From the NCBI GenBank assembly GCA_026390445.1, contig JAPLFX010000049.1, positions 10,533 to 74,532 of the forward strand: a stretch of DNA of 64,000 nucleotides, given 5' to 3'. Under the pieces are notes generated by a model. The model made no database searches, was not told the DNA's origin, and saw nothing but the letters and a program-made list of their open reading frames with translations. Origin of the DNA: Pseudomonadota bacterium (GTDB lineage Bacteria > Bdellovibrionota_B > Oligoflexia > Oligoflexales > CAIYRB01). Shown here piece after piece: positions 39,451 to 51,386 of the stretch; the stretch's first letter is position 1; each line of letters starts with the position of its first letter. The translations under genes were made by a program, and so were the position numbers.

Positions 39451-40455
39451 ATGACCAAGCTGATGCTGGTAAACGCTGTGTCTGTTTGTTGCGCCGGGTG
39501 GCTGCTTAGTTCCGCCGCTTACGGCAAGGCTGATCCAGTGCCGCATTTGCCGGATGAGTATGAAACGACCAGCGGCCACGGCATAGCCATGAACAATGCT
39601 GGTTATGCCCAAAACGATGGCTTTACGGCGGTTCGTGCAAACCCGGCGCTGCTGTCGACGCAAAGGGACTACACGGTCTCGGCCGGCTACCATTGGCCAA
39701 CGGCAGGTCGTGATTATTTTCAGGCGGGAGTGGTCGACGCTAAGACCTCACCGGTCGCCGCTGGGGTGAGCTACACGGGCTACACCGATGACTTCTCCTA
39801 CCCGGTAGATCCGGCCTCGGCTAAAGCAACGGGCGCATCGCTCTATGATTCGCCCGTAACACGCCGAGCGAGCATTGCTGTGGCCAGTGTTTTCGGCCAG
39901 TTTTCCTTGGGCCTTGGCGGTACCTATGTCGAGGCTCATCCGGCTCCAGGTTCGACGCAGCAGCAAAGCGGCGCCACGCGAATTTCGGGATTTTGTTTGA
40001 ACGCTGGGATCGCCGCGTCCATGTCCCCAGAATGGCACTTTGGGGCAGCCATCGAGAATGCTTCCAGTCGCAAGATCAAAGACTACGATCCCCGCACGTT
40101 CAAAATCGGTACGGCCTATAATGCGTCGCCCATGCTCACTCTTTTTCTCGACGCGCGGCAACGTGACCGGGTCCCTGAGTACGAAGACCAAATTAGCCTC
40201 GACAATCCTAGCCAAAGCATTACGTTAAGTCAGCCGGAGCGGCTGGTAATTGGGTCTGCTGTGGCGATGGTGCAGGACTATCTGCGGCTGACCGCCTCGT
40301 ACGGTCAATCAACCACTGACGGCCGCCGACTGCTTTCTGGCGGGGCAGCACTGATCAGTAAGAATTTCACCCTGTCCTATGCGGCATCACGTCCGTACAT
40401 GAAGATCCCAGGCGCGCATCAGGTCGTTACTCTTAGCTTTGAAATGGCGATGTAA
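39451..40455 (+). CDS. Probable outer-membrane beta-barrel (FadL/PorV-like N-terminus)
   Basis: Signal peptide, GHGIAMNNAGYA..DGFTAVRANPALL resembles the FadL/PorV N-terminal motif, amphipathic strands. Confidence 0.55.
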   Translation: MTKLMLVNAVSVCCAGWLLSSAAYGKADPVPHLPDEYETTSGHGIAMNNAGYAQNDGFTAVRANPALLSTQRDYTVSAGYHWPTAGRDYFQAGVVDAKTSPVAAGVSYTGYTDDFSYPVDPASAKATGASLYDSPVTRRASIAVASVFGQFSLGLGGTYVEAHPAPGSTQQQSGATRISGFCLNAGIAASMSPEWHFGAAIENASSRKIKDYDPRTFKIGTAYNASPMLTLFLDARQRDRVPEYEDQISLDNPSQSITLSQPERLVIGSAVAMVQDYLRLTASYGQSTTDGRRLLSGGAALISKNFTLSYAASRPYMKIPGAHQVVTLSFEMAM

Positions 40456-40457
40456 AA

Positions 40458-43088
40458 ATGATCCATGAAGTATTGGAGAATGGTGTCGAAGTTGTTCTTA
40501 AGCAGAATCGCTTCACGCCGGCCGTTGCTGTTCAGGCCTGGGTAGGAGTCGGCTCTTTGCACGAACAGCCAGCCGAACGTGGCATGGCTCACTTTTTGGA
40601 GCATATGCTTTTTAAAGGCACCGCCCGCCGCGAGGTTGGCGACATTGCGGCAACGGTTGAAGCCTGCGGGGGTGATATCAATGCCTACACCACCTTTGAT
40701 CAAACCGTGTTCTATCTCACTTTGGCCGCTGAGCATGCGGGTCTTGGGGTTGATCTACTTTGCGATGCCTTTGCGCACAGCGCTCTGGAGCCTATAGAAT
40801 TCGAGCGCGAGCGCGAAGTCATCCTCGAAGAAATTAAGAGGTCCAATGACAGCCCTGGTGCTCGCATTGGCAAGCGGGTGTTCGAGTTGGCGTTTGCTGG
40901 AAGCGAGGCCGGGCGGCCGATTTTAGGGTCGGAGGCGAGCGTTCGCGCCTTTGCCCGAGATGAAGTGTACGCATTCTACCGGCGTTGGTACACGCCAGGA
41001 AATTTAACGGTCGTCGTCGTGGGTGACTTCGACCAAGCTGAAATGATGGATCAAGTTAAAGCGACTTTTGGCCAATTGCCGGCACAGGAATGCTGCGACA
41101 CCTTGCCGTCCATAGTGCCGGTTCGCCCGGAGAGGCAAACGCCTTGGCCAAGGGTGTCGCTGATTCACGGCGACTTCCAGCAACCGCGCCTTGAGGTGGT
41201 CTACCCAGCCGCAGCTTTAGCTGATGTCGATAGTACAGCACTTGACCTGGCGGCTTTCGCTCTCGGCGCCGGTGAACTGGGTCGGTTGAATCTGCGCTTG
41301 CGCGACGGCGAGGGGGTCGTGACATCGGTTGGCGCATCCGTCTACACGCCGCAGTTCTCGGGTCTTTTTGAGGTTAGTGCCCTGACTTCATTGGCATTGA
41401 TGCCGTCAGCCGTGGCGGCGATTGCCCGCGAAGTCGCCCAATTACATGACGATGAGCCGGTGTCCGAAGTGGAATTACAAAGGGCCCGCGCCAACCTGAA
41501 AGCTGACCGCATTGCCCAGGAAGAAACGGTCGACGGGCAGGCTCGCAACCTCGGCTTTGGCATGCGCACGGCCCACAAACTGCTTTACGACGATGTCTAT
41601 ACGGCCGTGGTCAACGCTATGCCGGTTACCGCCATCTCGGCTGCGTTGCGGCGTTGGTTGAAGCCAGAGGATGCCACGATCGTCGCCTTGCTGCCGACCA
41701 ATGCCACCGTCACGGCCGAGGAGCTGCGTGCCGCTTTTCACCGTGGTCTGAAGGACGCCAGTGAGCGCTCTAAGTCGGAAGTTCAGGTCTCAGTCCGTTC
41801 AACTCCCGTCGTCCGCAGTCCAGATGCCCAGGTCATCCAGGTTAAGCCCGGCCTGAAACTGATCTATCGCCACAATCCCAATGTCGAGCTGTTCACCATG
41901 ACTGCTGCGACTGAGGGCGGCTTGCGTGGAGAAACCGCTGCGAACGCCGGTATTTACCACGCACTGTTCGCAATGCTCGGCCTAGCCAGTGAGACGCATG
42001 ACTATAGCGAATTGATGCACGCGGTCGAAGGCCTAGGCGCCAGCTTAGAAGGCTTTTCTGGGAAGGACTCGGCGGGTTTTCACCTGCAGTGCCTGACCGA
42101 GCATGCAGCCACCATGCTGGGGCTGTTTCGAGAAGTCATGCTGACACCGACCTTTCCTGAGGCCCAGTGGCAGCCGATCAAACGCGAAATCGAACAGGCG
42201 ATTGCAGCGCAAGAAGATTCTCCAAGCGGTGTGTGCCTGCGTCGTTTTCAAGAGCGCCTGTATGGCAATCACCCTTATTGCTACCCGCTGATTGGCAATG
42301 CCGCGTCCGTTGCCCAATTCACACCAAAGGTGCTCCAGGAGTTTTACCAGCAGTTGGTCGGCAGTGGGCCTTGGGTCATCGCGGTGGCATCGACACTGCC
42401 AGCGGAGGCAGTGGTTGAGCTTGTAAGCAAGTCGTTAGACTCGTTCAACCCGGCTCCCAAGGCGCGTCAATTTGCGAGTGAACGGGTGCCTGAATCCGAC
42501 CGACCGGGCATCCTCAAGGTGGCCAAGGACCGGGAACAGGCGCATTTGGTCTATGGCTTTCGCGGCATGACCTGGGCTGACCCCGACCGCTATGCCCTGG
42601 ATCTGCTAATCACCATCCTAGGTGGTCATGGTGGCCGCTTGTTCAGGGAGTTGCGCGACAAGAGTAGCTTGGCGTACACCGTAAGCCCGATTGTCGCTTA
42701 TGGTTGCCACCCAGGAATAGTCGGATCCTATATTGCTTGTGCGCCCGAGAAGGCGAAGCGCGCCCTGGCGTCGCTAGAAGCGGAGATGCTGGCCCTGACT
42801 CGCCAGACTCCAAGTGCTTCGGAGGTCGAAAGGGCCCGCAGCTACATCATTGGGTCGCATGAAATGGGTCTACAAAAGAGCGATGCACAGACTAGCACGA
42901 TGGCTCTCATGGAGCTCTACGGCTATGGTTTCAATGACTTTCTCACCTACCCTGAGCGGATCAAAGCGGTGACCGCAGGCGACGTGATGCGGGTAGCTAG
43001 GAGATTGTTTTTGCCGGCCAAAGCCGTCACTGTGGCCGTGGGCCCCGAAGCTGAAAGGGATGCTTTACGCGACGCACAGTTGTGTTAA
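40458..43088 (+). CDS. M16 (pitrilysin) family zinc peptidase, fused two-module
   Basis: HFLEH (HxxEH) in the first half, second half lacks the motif, RLFRELRDK..LAY. Confidence 0.93.
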   Translation: MIHEVLENGVEVVLKQNRFTPAVAVQAWVGVGSLHEQPAERGMAHFLEHMLFKGTARREVGDIAATVEACGGDINAYTTFDQTVFYLTLAAEHAGLGVDLLCDAFAHSALEPIEFEREREVILEEIKRSNDSPGARIGKRVFELAFAGSEAGRPILGSEASVRAFARDEVYAFYRRWYTPGNLTVVVVGDFDQAEMMDQVKATFGQLPAQECCDTLPSIVPVRPERQTPWPRVSLIHGDFQQPRLEVVYPAAALADVDSTALDLAAFALGAGELGRLNLRLRDGEGVVTSVGASVYTPQFSGLFEVSALTSLALMPSAVAAIAREVAQLHDDEPVSEVELQRARANLKADRIAQEETVDGQARNLGFGMRTAHKLLYDDVYTAVVNAMPVTAISAALRRWLKPEDATIVALLPTNATVTAEELRAAFHRGLKDASERSKSEVQVSVRSTPVVRSPDAQVIQVKPGLKLIYRHNPNVELFTMTAATEGGLRGETAANAGIYHALFAMLGLASETHDYSELMHAVEGLGASLEGFSGKDSAGFHLQCLTEHAATMLGLFREVMLTPTFPEAQWQPIKREIEQAIAAQEDSPSGVCLRRFQERLYGNHPYCYPLIGNAASVAQFTPKVLQEFYQQLVGSGPWVIAVASTLPAEAVVELVSKSLDSFNPAPKARQFASERVPESDRPGILKVAKDREQAHLVYGFRGMTWADPDRYALDLLITILGGHGGRLFRELRDKSSLAYTVSPIVAYGCHPGIVGSYIACAPEKAKRALASLEAEMLALTRQTPSASEVERARSYIIGSHEMGLQKSDAQTSTMALMELYGYGFNDFLTYPERIKAVTAGDVMRVARRLFLPAKAVTVAVGPEAERDALRDAQLC

Positions 43089-43150
43089 GTTTGGCGCTCT
43101 TAGCTCCCTGTGGATAGGGCAAACGGTTTCTTCAATAGCGAGGGTTAACG

Positions 43151-43816
43151 ATGGGCTGGCTGCGGCAGACCACTGATTCATCTATTGGCGGTAAGCTCAT
43201 AGTGGCGGTGACGGGATTGGCTATGGTGGGGTTCGTCGTCGCCCATCTTTCGGGTAACCTGCTGGTTTTTGGCGGACCTCAAGCGGTTAACAGTTATGCC
43301 GAAGGCTTACGCAAATTGGGGGCTCTGCTCTGGGTTGCTCGGATTGGGCTACTGGTCATGGCAACACTGCATATCGTCTTTGCTATTAAATTAAATCTGG
43401 CAAACCGCGCCGCTAGACCGCAGGCCTACGCGGTCAAAACGTACCGGCGCGCCAGCTTTGCCTCCAGGTCGATGCTGCTGACCGGACTGGCATTGCTTGG
43501 GTATATCTTATTCCATCTCGCACACTTCACGTTTAGAGCGACTAGTCCAGAACTTGCGGCTCTTGGCGAGTACGACGTTTACCAGATGATTGTGCTGTCG
43601 TTTCAGCAACCATTGATCGCTGGGCTCTATATCGTCTCGATGTTTCTACTGGGATTGCATCTATCGCACGGCGTCTCTAGTTTGTTTCAAACCCTTGGTT
43701 TTAATCACCCAAAGTACCGTAACCTGGTCGGGTCTATTGGCCCCTTCTTAGGCGTGTTGCTCGCCCTGGGATTTAGCTCGATTCCCGCAGCTGTTCTGTT
43801 TGGCCTTCTGAAATAA
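43151..43816 (+). CDS. sdhC: Succinate dehydrogenase cytochrome b subunit
   Basis: Five TM with heme His (HLSGN, HIV, HLAH, HLSHG), upstream of sdhA. Confidence 0.93.
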   Translation: MGWLRQTTDSSIGGKLIVAVTGLAMVGFVVAHLSGNLLVFGGPQAVNSYAEGLRKLGALLWVARIGLLVMATLHIVFAIKLNLANRAARPQAYAVKTYRRASFASRSMLLTGLALLGYILFHLAHFTFRATSPELAALGEYDVYQMIVLSFQQPLIAGLYIVSMFLLGLHLSHGVSSLFQTLGFNHPKYRNLVGSIGPFLGVLLALGFSSIPAAVLFGLLK

Positions 43817-43836
43817 GCTTTCATCCGAGGGTTTTT

Positions 43837-45747
43837 ATGAATTTAGACGCAAAGATCCCGGCGGGACCGATCGCCGACAAGTGGACCAACCATAAGTTTG
43901 ATATGAAGTTGGTCAATCCGGCCAATAAGCGCAAGTACACCGTCATCGTTGTCGGGACGGGTCTGGCCGGTGGCGCCGCCGCAGCGACATTAGCCGAGCT
44001 CGGGTACAATGTTCTGAACTTCTGCTTTCAAGACAGTCCCCGCCGTGCCCACTCGATTGCTGCTCAGGGCGGGATCAACGCGGCAAAGAATTACCAAGGC
44101 GATGGCGACAGCGTGCACCGCCTCTTCTACGATACGGTGAAAGGCGGCGATTTTCGTTCGCGCGAAGCCAACGTTCACCGCTTGGCCGAAGTCAGCGTCA
44201 ATATCATCGACCAATGCGTTGCGCAGGGCGTGCCCTTTGCCCGGGAATACGGCGGCCTACTGGCCAACAGGTCGTTTGGCGGGGCGCAGGTGTCGCGCAC
44301 CTTTTATGCTCGCGGGCAGACCGGTCAACAGCTGCTACTCGGGGCTTATCAGGCCCTGGAGCGCCAGGTGGGTGCTGGCACCGTCAAAATGTTTGCCCGG
44401 TCGGAGATGCTCGACCTCGTTGTGGAAAACGGCCGAGCGGCGGGTATTGTCGTTCGTGATCTGGTCACTGGTGCTATCACGACCCATGCGGCTCACGCGG
44501 TCGTTATGGCCACAGGTGGTTACGGTAATGTTTTTTATCTATCGACCAACGCCAAGGGGTCCAATGTTTCGGCGACCTTTCGCGCCTACAAACGTGGGGC
44601 TGGCTTTGCCAACCCGTGTTTCACCCAGATCCATCCGACCTGTATTCCCGTCAGCGGCGATTATCAATCAAAGCTCACCCTGATGTCGGAATCCCTGCGC
44701 AACGATGGTCGTGTGTGGGCGCCAAAAAAGCAGGGCGATAAGCGTCCACCTCGGGATATTCCGGAAGTTGAGCGCGACTATTATTTAGAGCGAAAATATC
44801 CTAGTTACGGCAATTTGGCTCCGCGCGACATCGCTTCGCGGGCCGCCAAGGAAGCTTGTGATGATGGGCGCGGTGTCGGCGAGAGCGGGCGCGGCGTCTA
44901 CCTTGATTTTGCGGCGGCCATCGAGCGCCAAGGCAAGGACGTGATCGAGCAGCGCTACGGCAACTTGTTCCAAATGTATGACAAGATCACTGCGGAAAAC
45001 CCTTACGAGATGCCCATGCGCATCTATCCAGCGGTTCATTACACGATGGGCGGCTTGTGGGTGGACTATAACCTCCAAAGCAATATTCCCGGGCTTTTTG
45101 TGCTTGGTGAGGCCAACTTTTCGGACCATGGCGCCAATCGACTCGGTGCTAGTGCGCTGATGCAGGGGCTAGCGGATGGCTACTTTATCATCCCCTACAC
45201 CTTGGGCAATTACTTGGCGGGAATCAGCCGCGACCCTGTCAAAGCCGATGGAGATGCGTTTAAGAGCACTAAGAGCGACGTCGAAGTCCGCATCGGCAAG
45301 CTGCTTGGCAGCAAGGGTAAACGGACCGTCGACAGCTTCCATAAAGAACTGGGCTTAATCATGTGGGAAAAGTGTGGAATGGCGCGCAATAAGGCCGGTC
45401 TTACGGAGGCCTTGCGCAAGATTCCGGAGCTGCGTGAGGAGTTTTGGCAAAACGTCCGAGTCTTGGGCGACAAGGACAACCTCAACCAGTCTTTAGAAAA
45501 GGCCGGACGCGTCGCCGATTTCCTTGAGTTTGGCGAAATCCTTTGCGCTGACGCCCTGACCAGGGAAGAGTCGTGCGGCGGTCATTTTCGCGAGGAGTAT
45601 CAGGATCAGGGTGAGGCCAAAAGGGACGACGAGCACTTTGCCCATGCTGCGGTCTGGGAGTATCAGGGCGAGGGAAAAGCCCCCAAGCGTCATACCGAAG
45701 CGTTGACCTTTGACGAAGTCCATTTGGCGACGAGGAGCTACAAATGA
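43837..45747 (+). CDS. sdhA: Succinate dehydrogenase/fumarate reductase flavoprotein
   Basis: [37 protein letters not shown]. Confidence 0.98.
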   Translation: MNLDAKIPAGPIADKWTNHKFDMKLVNPANKRKYTVIVVGTGLAGGAAAATLAELGYNVLNFCFQDSPRRAHSIAAQGGINAAKNYQGDGDSVHRLFYDTVKGGDFRSREANVHRLAEVSVNIIDQCVAQGVPFAREYGGLLANRSFGGAQVSRTFYARGQTGQQLLLGAYQALERQVGAGTVKMFARSEMLDLVVENGRAAGIVVRDLVTGAITTHAAHAVVMATGGYGNVFYLSTNAKGSNVSATFRAYKRGAGFANPCFTQIHPTCIPVSGDYQSKLTLMSESLRNDGRVWAPKKQGDKRPPRDIPEVERDYYLERKYPSYGNLAPRDIASRAAKEACDDGRGVGESGRGVYLDFAAAIERQGKDVIEQRYGNLFQMYDKITAENPYEMPMRIYPAVHYTMGGLWVDYNLQSNIPGLFVLGEANFSDHGANRLGASALMQGLADGYFIIPYTLGNYLAGISRDPVKADGDAFKSTKSDVEVRIGKLLGSKGKRTVDSFHKELGLIMWEKCGMARNKAGLTEALRKIPELREEFWQNVRVLGDKDNLNQSLEKAGRVADFLEFGEILCADALTREESCGGHFREEYQDQGEAKRDDEHFAHAAVWEYQGEGKAPKRHTEALTFDEVHLATRSYK

Positions 45748-46520
45748 AGCTTAAACTGCATGTCTGGCGGCAAAAAGACCGGCAATCCACCGGTCGCATG
45801 GTGGCTTACGATGCGCCAAACGTAAATCCTGAGATGTCGTTTCTGGAAATGCTCGACGTGGTCAATGAGGACCTGACGGGAAAGGGCGAAGATCCTATTG
45901 CCTTTGATCACGACTGTCGCGAAGGAATCTGCGGAAGCTGCTCGATGGTCATCAATGGCGTTCCCCATGGCCCGTCCAAGGGTACGACGGTGTGTCAGCT
46001 GCACATGCGGCATTTCACCGACGGTCAGGACGTTCACATCGAACCTTGGCGGGCAAAGGCCTTTCCTGTCCTTCAGGATCTTGTGGTTGACCGTTCGGCC
46101 TTTGATCGGATAATCCAGGCGGGCGGGTTCATTTCGGTTAATAGCGGCAGCGCTCAGGACGCTAACAATCTGCCAGTAGCGAAAGCCGATGCGGACCATT
46201 CGATGGATGCAGCGGCCTGTATTGGATGTGGGGCCTGCGTTGCCGCGTGCAAGAACTCGGCGGCGATGCTGTTTGCAGCGGCTAAGATTTCGCACTTAGG
46301 ACTATTGCCTCAGGGTCAACCGGAACGCCGGCGGCGTGCCATCAATATGGTCAAGCAAATGGATCTAGAGGGCTTTGGCAACTGTTCCAACCAGTACGAA
46401 TGTGAAGCGGTTTGTCCCAAAGAGATCAGTGTTGGTTTTATCGCGCGAATGAATCGTGATTATTTAAGTTCGTCGATCTTCAGCAAGGAGACCGGCTCTA
46501 CCTCGAAAAGCGAGGATTGA
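45744..46520 (+). CDS. sdhB: Succinate dehydrogenase Fe-S subunit
   Basis: [33 protein letters not shown]. Confidence 0.98.
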   Translation: MKLKLHVWRQKDRQSTGRMVAYDAPNVNPEMSFLEMLDVVNEDLTGKGEDPIAFDHDCREGICGSCSMVINGVPHGPSKGTTVCQLHMRHFTDGQDVHIEPWRAKAFPVLQDLVVDRSAFDRIIQAGGFISVNSGSAQDANNLPVAKADADHSMDAAACIGCGACVAACKNSAAMLFAAAKISHLGLLPQGQPERRRRAINMVKQMDLEGFGNCSNQYECEAVCPKEISVGFIARMNRDYLSSSIFSKETGSTSKSED

Positions 46521-46535
46521 CCCGAAAGGTGCCCC

Positions 46536-46772
46536 ATGACCTACGAAATCATCGTGCAACTAAAAGCAGAAGTACTCGACCCTGAAGGCCGGGCGATTCA
46601 GGAGACCCTGGCTCGGCTCGGCTTCGGTGCTTTAAAGTCCGTCAATGTCGCAAAGCGTTATTCGATAGAGCTCGATGCTAAGGCTCCGCAAGCTGATGAG
46701 CTTGTGCAAAGGATCGCCCGCGAATATTTAGCAAATCCAGTCTCGGAAACCTTCCAAGTCAGAAAGTTGTAA
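46536..46772 (+). CDS. purS: FGAM synthase subunit PurS
   Basis: LKAEVLDPEG, LANPVSE. Confidence 0.95.
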   Translation: MTYEIIVQLKAEVLDPEGRAIQETLARLGFGALKSVNVAKRYSIELDAKAPQADELVQRIAREYLANPVSETFQVRKL

Positions 46773-46777
46773 CCGCG

Positions 46778-47521
46778 ATGAGTGTTCCGACCGCTGCCAG
46801 CCTGACCCCTAAGTTTAGCCCGTCGGGCAAGCTAAGGATCGGGCTGGTACAGTTTCCAGGATCCAATTGTGATCAAGATTGCTTCGATGTCATGGCCAGG
46901 CATTTTGGCGTCAAAGTGGCACCGGTGTGGCACACCCAGACAGAGCTACCTGCGCTCGATGCGGTGATTTTACCAGGCGGGTTTAGCTACGGCGATTATT
47001 TGCGCAGTGGCGCACTCGCGGCGCATTCACCGATTATGATCGCCGTGAAAGCATTTGTCGCCAAAGGCGGCGCGGTGCTTGGGATCTGCAATGGGTTTCA
47101 AATTTTAACCGAGTCTCACCTTTTGCCTGGCGCCTTACTTCGCAACAGCAACCGGCAATTTATCTGCGAGTATGTCCATCTGGCGACCGCGTCTGGCCAA
47201 AGCGTGTATCACCAGGCATTGGCTGGAAAGATTTCTCGGCTTCCGATTGCCCATGGTGAGGGGCGCTTTTACATTGATGTCGACGGGCTAAAGCGTCTGC
47301 AAGACCAGGGGCAGATTGCGCTGCGATACGCTAGTCCGACTGGACTTACTGGGCCAGAATTCAATCCGAACGGTGCGGTGGATCAGATCGCCGGCATTGT
47401 TAGTGCTAACGGCCGCGTCCTTGGGCTGATGCCCCACCCTGAGCGCGCTACCGATACCTTGCTCGGGGGCAGCACCGATGGCTTAGCGGTGCTCGAAGCG
47501 TTTTTATCGTCCTTTACTTAA
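46778..47521 (+). CDS. purQ: FGAM synthase glutaminase PurQ
   Basis: FPGSNC, GGFSYGDYLRSG, GICNGFQ, MPHPER. Confidence 0.98.
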   Translation: MSVPTAASLTPKFSPSGKLRIGLVQFPGSNCDQDCFDVMARHFGVKVAPVWHTQTELPALDAVILPGGFSYGDYLRSGALAAHSPIMIAVKAFVAKGGAVLGICNGFQILTESHLLPGALLRNSNRQFICEYVHLATASGQSVYHQALAGKISRLPIAHGEGRFYIDVDGLKRLQDQGQIALRYASPTGLTGPEFNPNGAVDQIAGIVSANGRVLGLMPHPERATDTLLGGSTDGLAVLEAFLSSFT

Positions 47522-47536
47522 GGAAATCCGTTACCG

Positions 47537-49828
47537 ATGCAGATGACGCCGCCAGTGATCAATAACCTGCCAAGACCAGCCGCAATCGATGAAACCCCTG
47601 GTCCGGCCTTCGATCAGCTGCAAAAGAAACACAAGCTGACGACCGCGGAATACGCTCGCGTCAAAGACATCCTAGGCCGGGTGCCAACCTTGGCTGAACT
47701 TGGGGTGTTTTCGGCGATGTGGAGCGAGCACTGCAGCTACAAATCGTCTCGGGTTCACTTAAAGCGCTTACCTACGGAAGGACCAGCTGTAGTGGTTGGT
47801 CCAGGCGAGAATGCTGGAGTGGTTCGAGTCTCGGGTAAGCTCTGCCTGGCCTTCAAAATGGAGAGCCACAATCACCCAAGCTATATCGAACCCTACCAGG
47901 GTGCAGCGACGGGAGTCGGCGGCATCCTACGCGATGTGTTTTGTATGGGTGCGAGACCTATCGCCAACCTGAATGCACTACGCTTTGGTCTACGTTCGCA
48001 TGAGCGCACTCCGTTCTTGGTGGAGCACGTCGTCAAGGGCATCGGTGACTATGGCAACTGCATTGGCGTGCCGACCGTGGGCGGCAATATCTCGTTTGAC
48101 GAGTCGTATAATGGCAACTGCTTGGTCAATGCCATGACCGTTGGGGTCATCCACGAGGACCACATATTTAAAGGCTACGCGACGGGGCAGGGCAACATCG
48201 TGGTGTATCTTGGCTCAGCGACAGGGCGCGACGGTATTCATGGAGCATCCATGGCGTCCGGCAGTTTTGCCAGTCAGGATGCCAACTCGCGCAGTACCGT
48301 TCAGGTTGGCGATCCGTTTACCGAAAAGCTACTTCTTGAGGCGACTCTAGATGTCTTAGACAAAGGGCTAGTGATCGGCCTGCAGGATATGGGGGCTGCC
48401 GGTTTGACCTCGTCAGCCTTTGAAATGGCCGGCCGAGCGGGGAATGGACTCTACCTCGACCTAGATCAGGTGCCGGTGCGTACCACAGCGATGAGCGCCT
48501 ACGAGTTGCTGCTGTCGGAGTCGCAAGAGCGCATGCTCATGGTCGTCGAGCCGGTGAAATGGCCTGAGCTGCAGCGGGTACTGGAGAAGTGGCAGCTCGC
48601 CTGTACGGTGATCGGCGTCGTGACAGATACGGGTCGAGTGCAGATTCACCACCAGGGCCATTTAGAAGTGGACGTACCCGTTGATCCAATGACTGAGTTG
48701 GCACCAAAATATGAGCGATTGACTCGCGCGCGCCCTGCCCCTTCGGTCAGCGGTCCATCCTTCAATCAATCAGCGATCGGCGCCATACAGGCACACGGTC
48801 CAGCGGCACTGTTGCTAGATCTGCTGCAGGATACCGGCGATAAATTACCGTTATATCGGCAGTATGACCGGCATATCGGAACTAAAACCGTGCATGCGTC
48901 GGAGTCGCAGGGTGCCGCGGTGCTTTGGCTTCGCTCGGAGTGGGCGGATCCTGGAGAGCCCTATCTGGGTGTCGTCGCAACAGCCACCTGCAATGAACGG
49001 TACAATCGCCTGGACGCGACCCTCGGCGCCGCCCATGCCGTACTCAAGTCGGCGCGCATGATCGCTGCCAGCGGCGGCCAGCCATTGGCTGCGACCGACT
49101 GCCTCAACTACGGAAATCCAGAAGATCCGGAGGTCATGGATGACTTTTCGCGGGGTATAGATGGCATTAGCCTAGCTTGCCGCGAACTAGACGTGCCGGT
49201 CGTGAGCGGTAATGTCAGCCTCTACAATGAAACCGATGGCCAAAGCATCGCGCCGACGCCGATGATTGGTATGGTTGGCAAAGTCAAAGATGTGCGCCTT
49301 TGTCCACTAGCCGCGCCGACCGGGCCAGTAGAGTTGTTTCTGCTTCACGGCGTGAAGTTTAGCCCGGAGTTCGGCGGATCACTTGCGGCAAAGGCCTTGG
49401 GCTTACCGCTGCGTGCCGGGCGGGCCCCGCAGGTGGACTGGGCGCAGGAGCGAGAGGCGATGGCGTTTCTCGGCGCACTAAGCGGCGCCGGGCACCTTGC
49501 CGTGGCGCGTGATGTGGGAGATGGCGGGGTTTTGGTTTGTGCCGCTAAAATGGCGATCGTGCACGGACATGGCCTAGCCTTAGATTTAGGTGAACTCGCT
49601 GGCACAGCTGGTTTATCAGGGTATTTCGGCGAGGTCTCAGGCAGCTACCTCGTGGCCTTTCATTCTGGTAGCACGGCAGCTGCACTAAACGCCGCCAATG
49701 ATCTGCACTACTGCGCATTGACTCGGGTCGGAGCGGTCACGGGGAGTGATGAGGTCCAATGGGGCCAGTGGTCGCTTCCACTCGCCGCGGCACGGCATGC
49801 GTTTTCTTCTTCATTACCATTGAGCTAA
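47537..49828 (+). CDS. purL: FGAM synthase PurL (small type)
   Basis: [39 protein letters not shown]. Confidence 0.98.
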   Translation: MQMTPPVINNLPRPAAIDETPGPAFDQLQKKHKLTTAEYARVKDILGRVPTLAELGVFSAMWSEHCSYKSSRVHLKRLPTEGPAVVVGPGENAGVVRVSGKLCLAFKMESHNHPSYIEPYQGAATGVGGILRDVFCMGARPIANLNALRFGLRSHERTPFLVEHVVKGIGDYGNCIGVPTVGGNISFDESYNGNCLVNAMTVGVIHEDHIFKGYATGQGNIVVYLGSATGRDGIHGASMASGSFASQDANSRSTVQVGDPFTEKLLLEATLDVLDKGLVIGLQDMGAAGLTSSAFEMAGRAGNGLYLDLDQVPVRTTAMSAYELLLSESQERMLMVVEPVKWPELQRVLEKWQLACTVIGVVTDTGRVQIHHQGHLEVDVPVDPMTELAPKYERLTRARPAPSVSGPSFNQSAIGAIQAHGPAALLLDLLQDTGDKLPLYRQYDRHIGTKTVHASESQGAAVLWLRSEWADPGEPYLGVVATATCNERYNRLDATLGAAHAVLKSARMIAASGGQPLAATDCLNYGNPEDPEVMDDFSRGIDGISLACRELDVPVVSGNVSLYNETDGQSIAPTPMIGMVGKVKDVRLCPLAAPTGPVELFLLHGVKFSPEFGGSLAAKALGLPLRAGRAPQVDWAQEREAMAFLGALSGAGHLAVARDVGDGGVLVCAAKMAIVHGHGLALDLGELAGTAGLSGYFGEVSGSYLVAFHSGSTAAALNAANDLHYCALTRVGAVTGSDEVQWGQWSLPLAAARHAFSSSLPLS

Positions 49829-49849
49829 TGCTCAGAAACGAGTGGGTCC

Positions 49850-51295
49850 GTGGGATCATTGAAAGAAGAGTGCGGTGTTGTTGGCGTTCTTGGTCACCCG
49901 GACGCTGCGAAAATGGTGTATCTCGGGCTTTTTGCCCAGCAGCATCGTGGCCAAGAAGGTTGCGGCATAGTGTCGCTTGACCACAGCGGGACTGAGGGCT
50001 CGGTGCCGACCAAGTTCCATGTTCACAAGTCCTTTGGCTTGGTAGCGGAAAGCTTCGACGAGGAGATCCTCGCTCGCCTTAAGGGTGATCATGCGATTGG
50101 GCATGTGCGCTACTCAACCCAGGGTGGGCATACCATCGAGAACATCCAACCCTTTCATTTTCGTACCGGCCTTGGTCCGCTGGCGATTGCCCACAATGGC
50201 AATTTGACCAATGCTGCCGAGCTGCGAACGGATCTAGAGGCCTCAGGAAGCCTGTTTCAGAGCACGTCCGATACCGAGGTCTTTGTCCACCTGATCGCCA
50301 GGGCCGAGGCACCGAATATGCTCGGCCGGATCTTCTCGGCAATGGCCAAGGTCAGCGGCGCCTATTCGATGGTCGTTCAGTGCGAGGATCGGCTTTTCGC
50401 TGTACGGGACAGTTTTGGCTTTCGGCCGTTGGTTTTGGGTCGTAGAAACGACAGCTATATTGTCGCTAGCGAAACCTGTGCTTTGGACATTATGGACGCC
50501 GAGTTTATTCGCGAGGTTAGTCCTGGCGAGGTGGTGGAGATCACTCGGGCGGGAATGACCTCACACTTTCCACTGGCTAAACGCAAGACCGCGTTTTGTT
50601 CATTTGAACCCATTTATTTTGCCCGTCCTGATAGCCGCATTTTTGGTGAAGAGATCTACGTTCTACGCCGGAGGATGGGAGAAATCCTTGCGCGACAGGC
50701 GCCAGCGAACGATGCCGATATCGTCATCGCGGTTCCTGACTCAGGGGTGCCCATGGCTATGGGCTTTGCTAAGGTTTCGGGCCTTCCTTTCGAGCTGGGG
50801 TTGGTGAGGAACCATTATGTGGGGCGAACCTTTATTCAACCGGCGCAAGACATCCGAGACTTCGCGGTCCGCTTAAAGCTCAATCCGGTCCTGAGCGTTT
50901 TAAAGGGCAAAAGCGTCGTGGTGGTGGACGATTCGATTGTTCGCGGTACGACCTCCGAGAAGATCATCCGCATGGTCCGTCAGGCCGGTGCCAAGAAGAT
51001 CCATCTGCGCGTCGGCTCACCACCAATCACACATTCTTGTTTTTATGGGGTCGATACGCCAAGTCGGTCTAAGCTACTTGCGGCGCAAAAGGATGTTGAG
51101 TCCATTCGCGCGTCCCTTGGTTGCGACAGCTTGGCCTATTTGAGCATCGAGGGGCTGCGTGAGGCCTTGGCCGAGAAGGGCGAGGGGCGATTCTGTACCG
51201 CCTGTTTTAGCGGTCAATACCCGGAGCCAGTGCACGCCGACATTCCGCCGCAGCCGACCGATCGGCATGGCCCTGGTTTGTCGGCGAGCTGCTAA
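49850..51295 (+). CDS. purF: Amidophosphoribosyltransferase (propeptide/Fe-S type)
   Basis: EECGVVG, QHRGQE, VVDDSIVRGTT, FCTACF. Confidence 0.98.
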   Translation: MGSLKEECGVVGVLGHPDAAKMVYLGLFAQQHRGQEGCGIVSLDHSGTEGSVPTKFHVHKSFGLVAESFDEEILARLKGDHAIGHVRYSTQGGHTIENIQPFHFRTGLGPLAIAHNGNLTNAAELRTDLEASGSLFQSTSDTEVFVHLIARAEAPNMLGRIFSAMAKVSGAYSMVVQCEDRLFAVRDSFGFRPLVLGRRNDSYIVASETCALDIMDAEFIREVSPGEVVEITRAGMTSHFPLAKRKTAFCSFEPIYFARPDSRIFGEEIYVLRRRMGEILARQAPANDADIVIAVPDSGVPMAMGFAKVSGLPFELGLVRNHYVGRTFIQPAQDIRDFAVRLKLNPVLSVLKGKSVVVVDDSIVRGTTSEKIIRMVRQAGAKKIHLRVGSPPITHSCFYGVDTPSRSKLLAAQKDVESIRASLGCDSLAYLSIEGLREALAEKGEGRFCTACFSGQYPEPVHADIPPQPTDRHGPGLSASC

Positions 51296-51386
51296 AGGAG
51301 CGCTTGCCAGTTTGTCCGGCGCCGGCATATTCTCCCGCCGTGCAGCCAACCAGCCCTCGTCCAATAGGCCCGTACGGAGTTACTCA

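Noticed and set aside
43109-43117. DnaA-box-like TGTGGATAG upstream of sdhC
   Set aside because: Single one-mismatch site, expected by chance in 64 kb
51159-51386. Extended RNase PH N-terminus overlapping purF
   Set aside because: ATG 51387 with GGAG gives the standard protein
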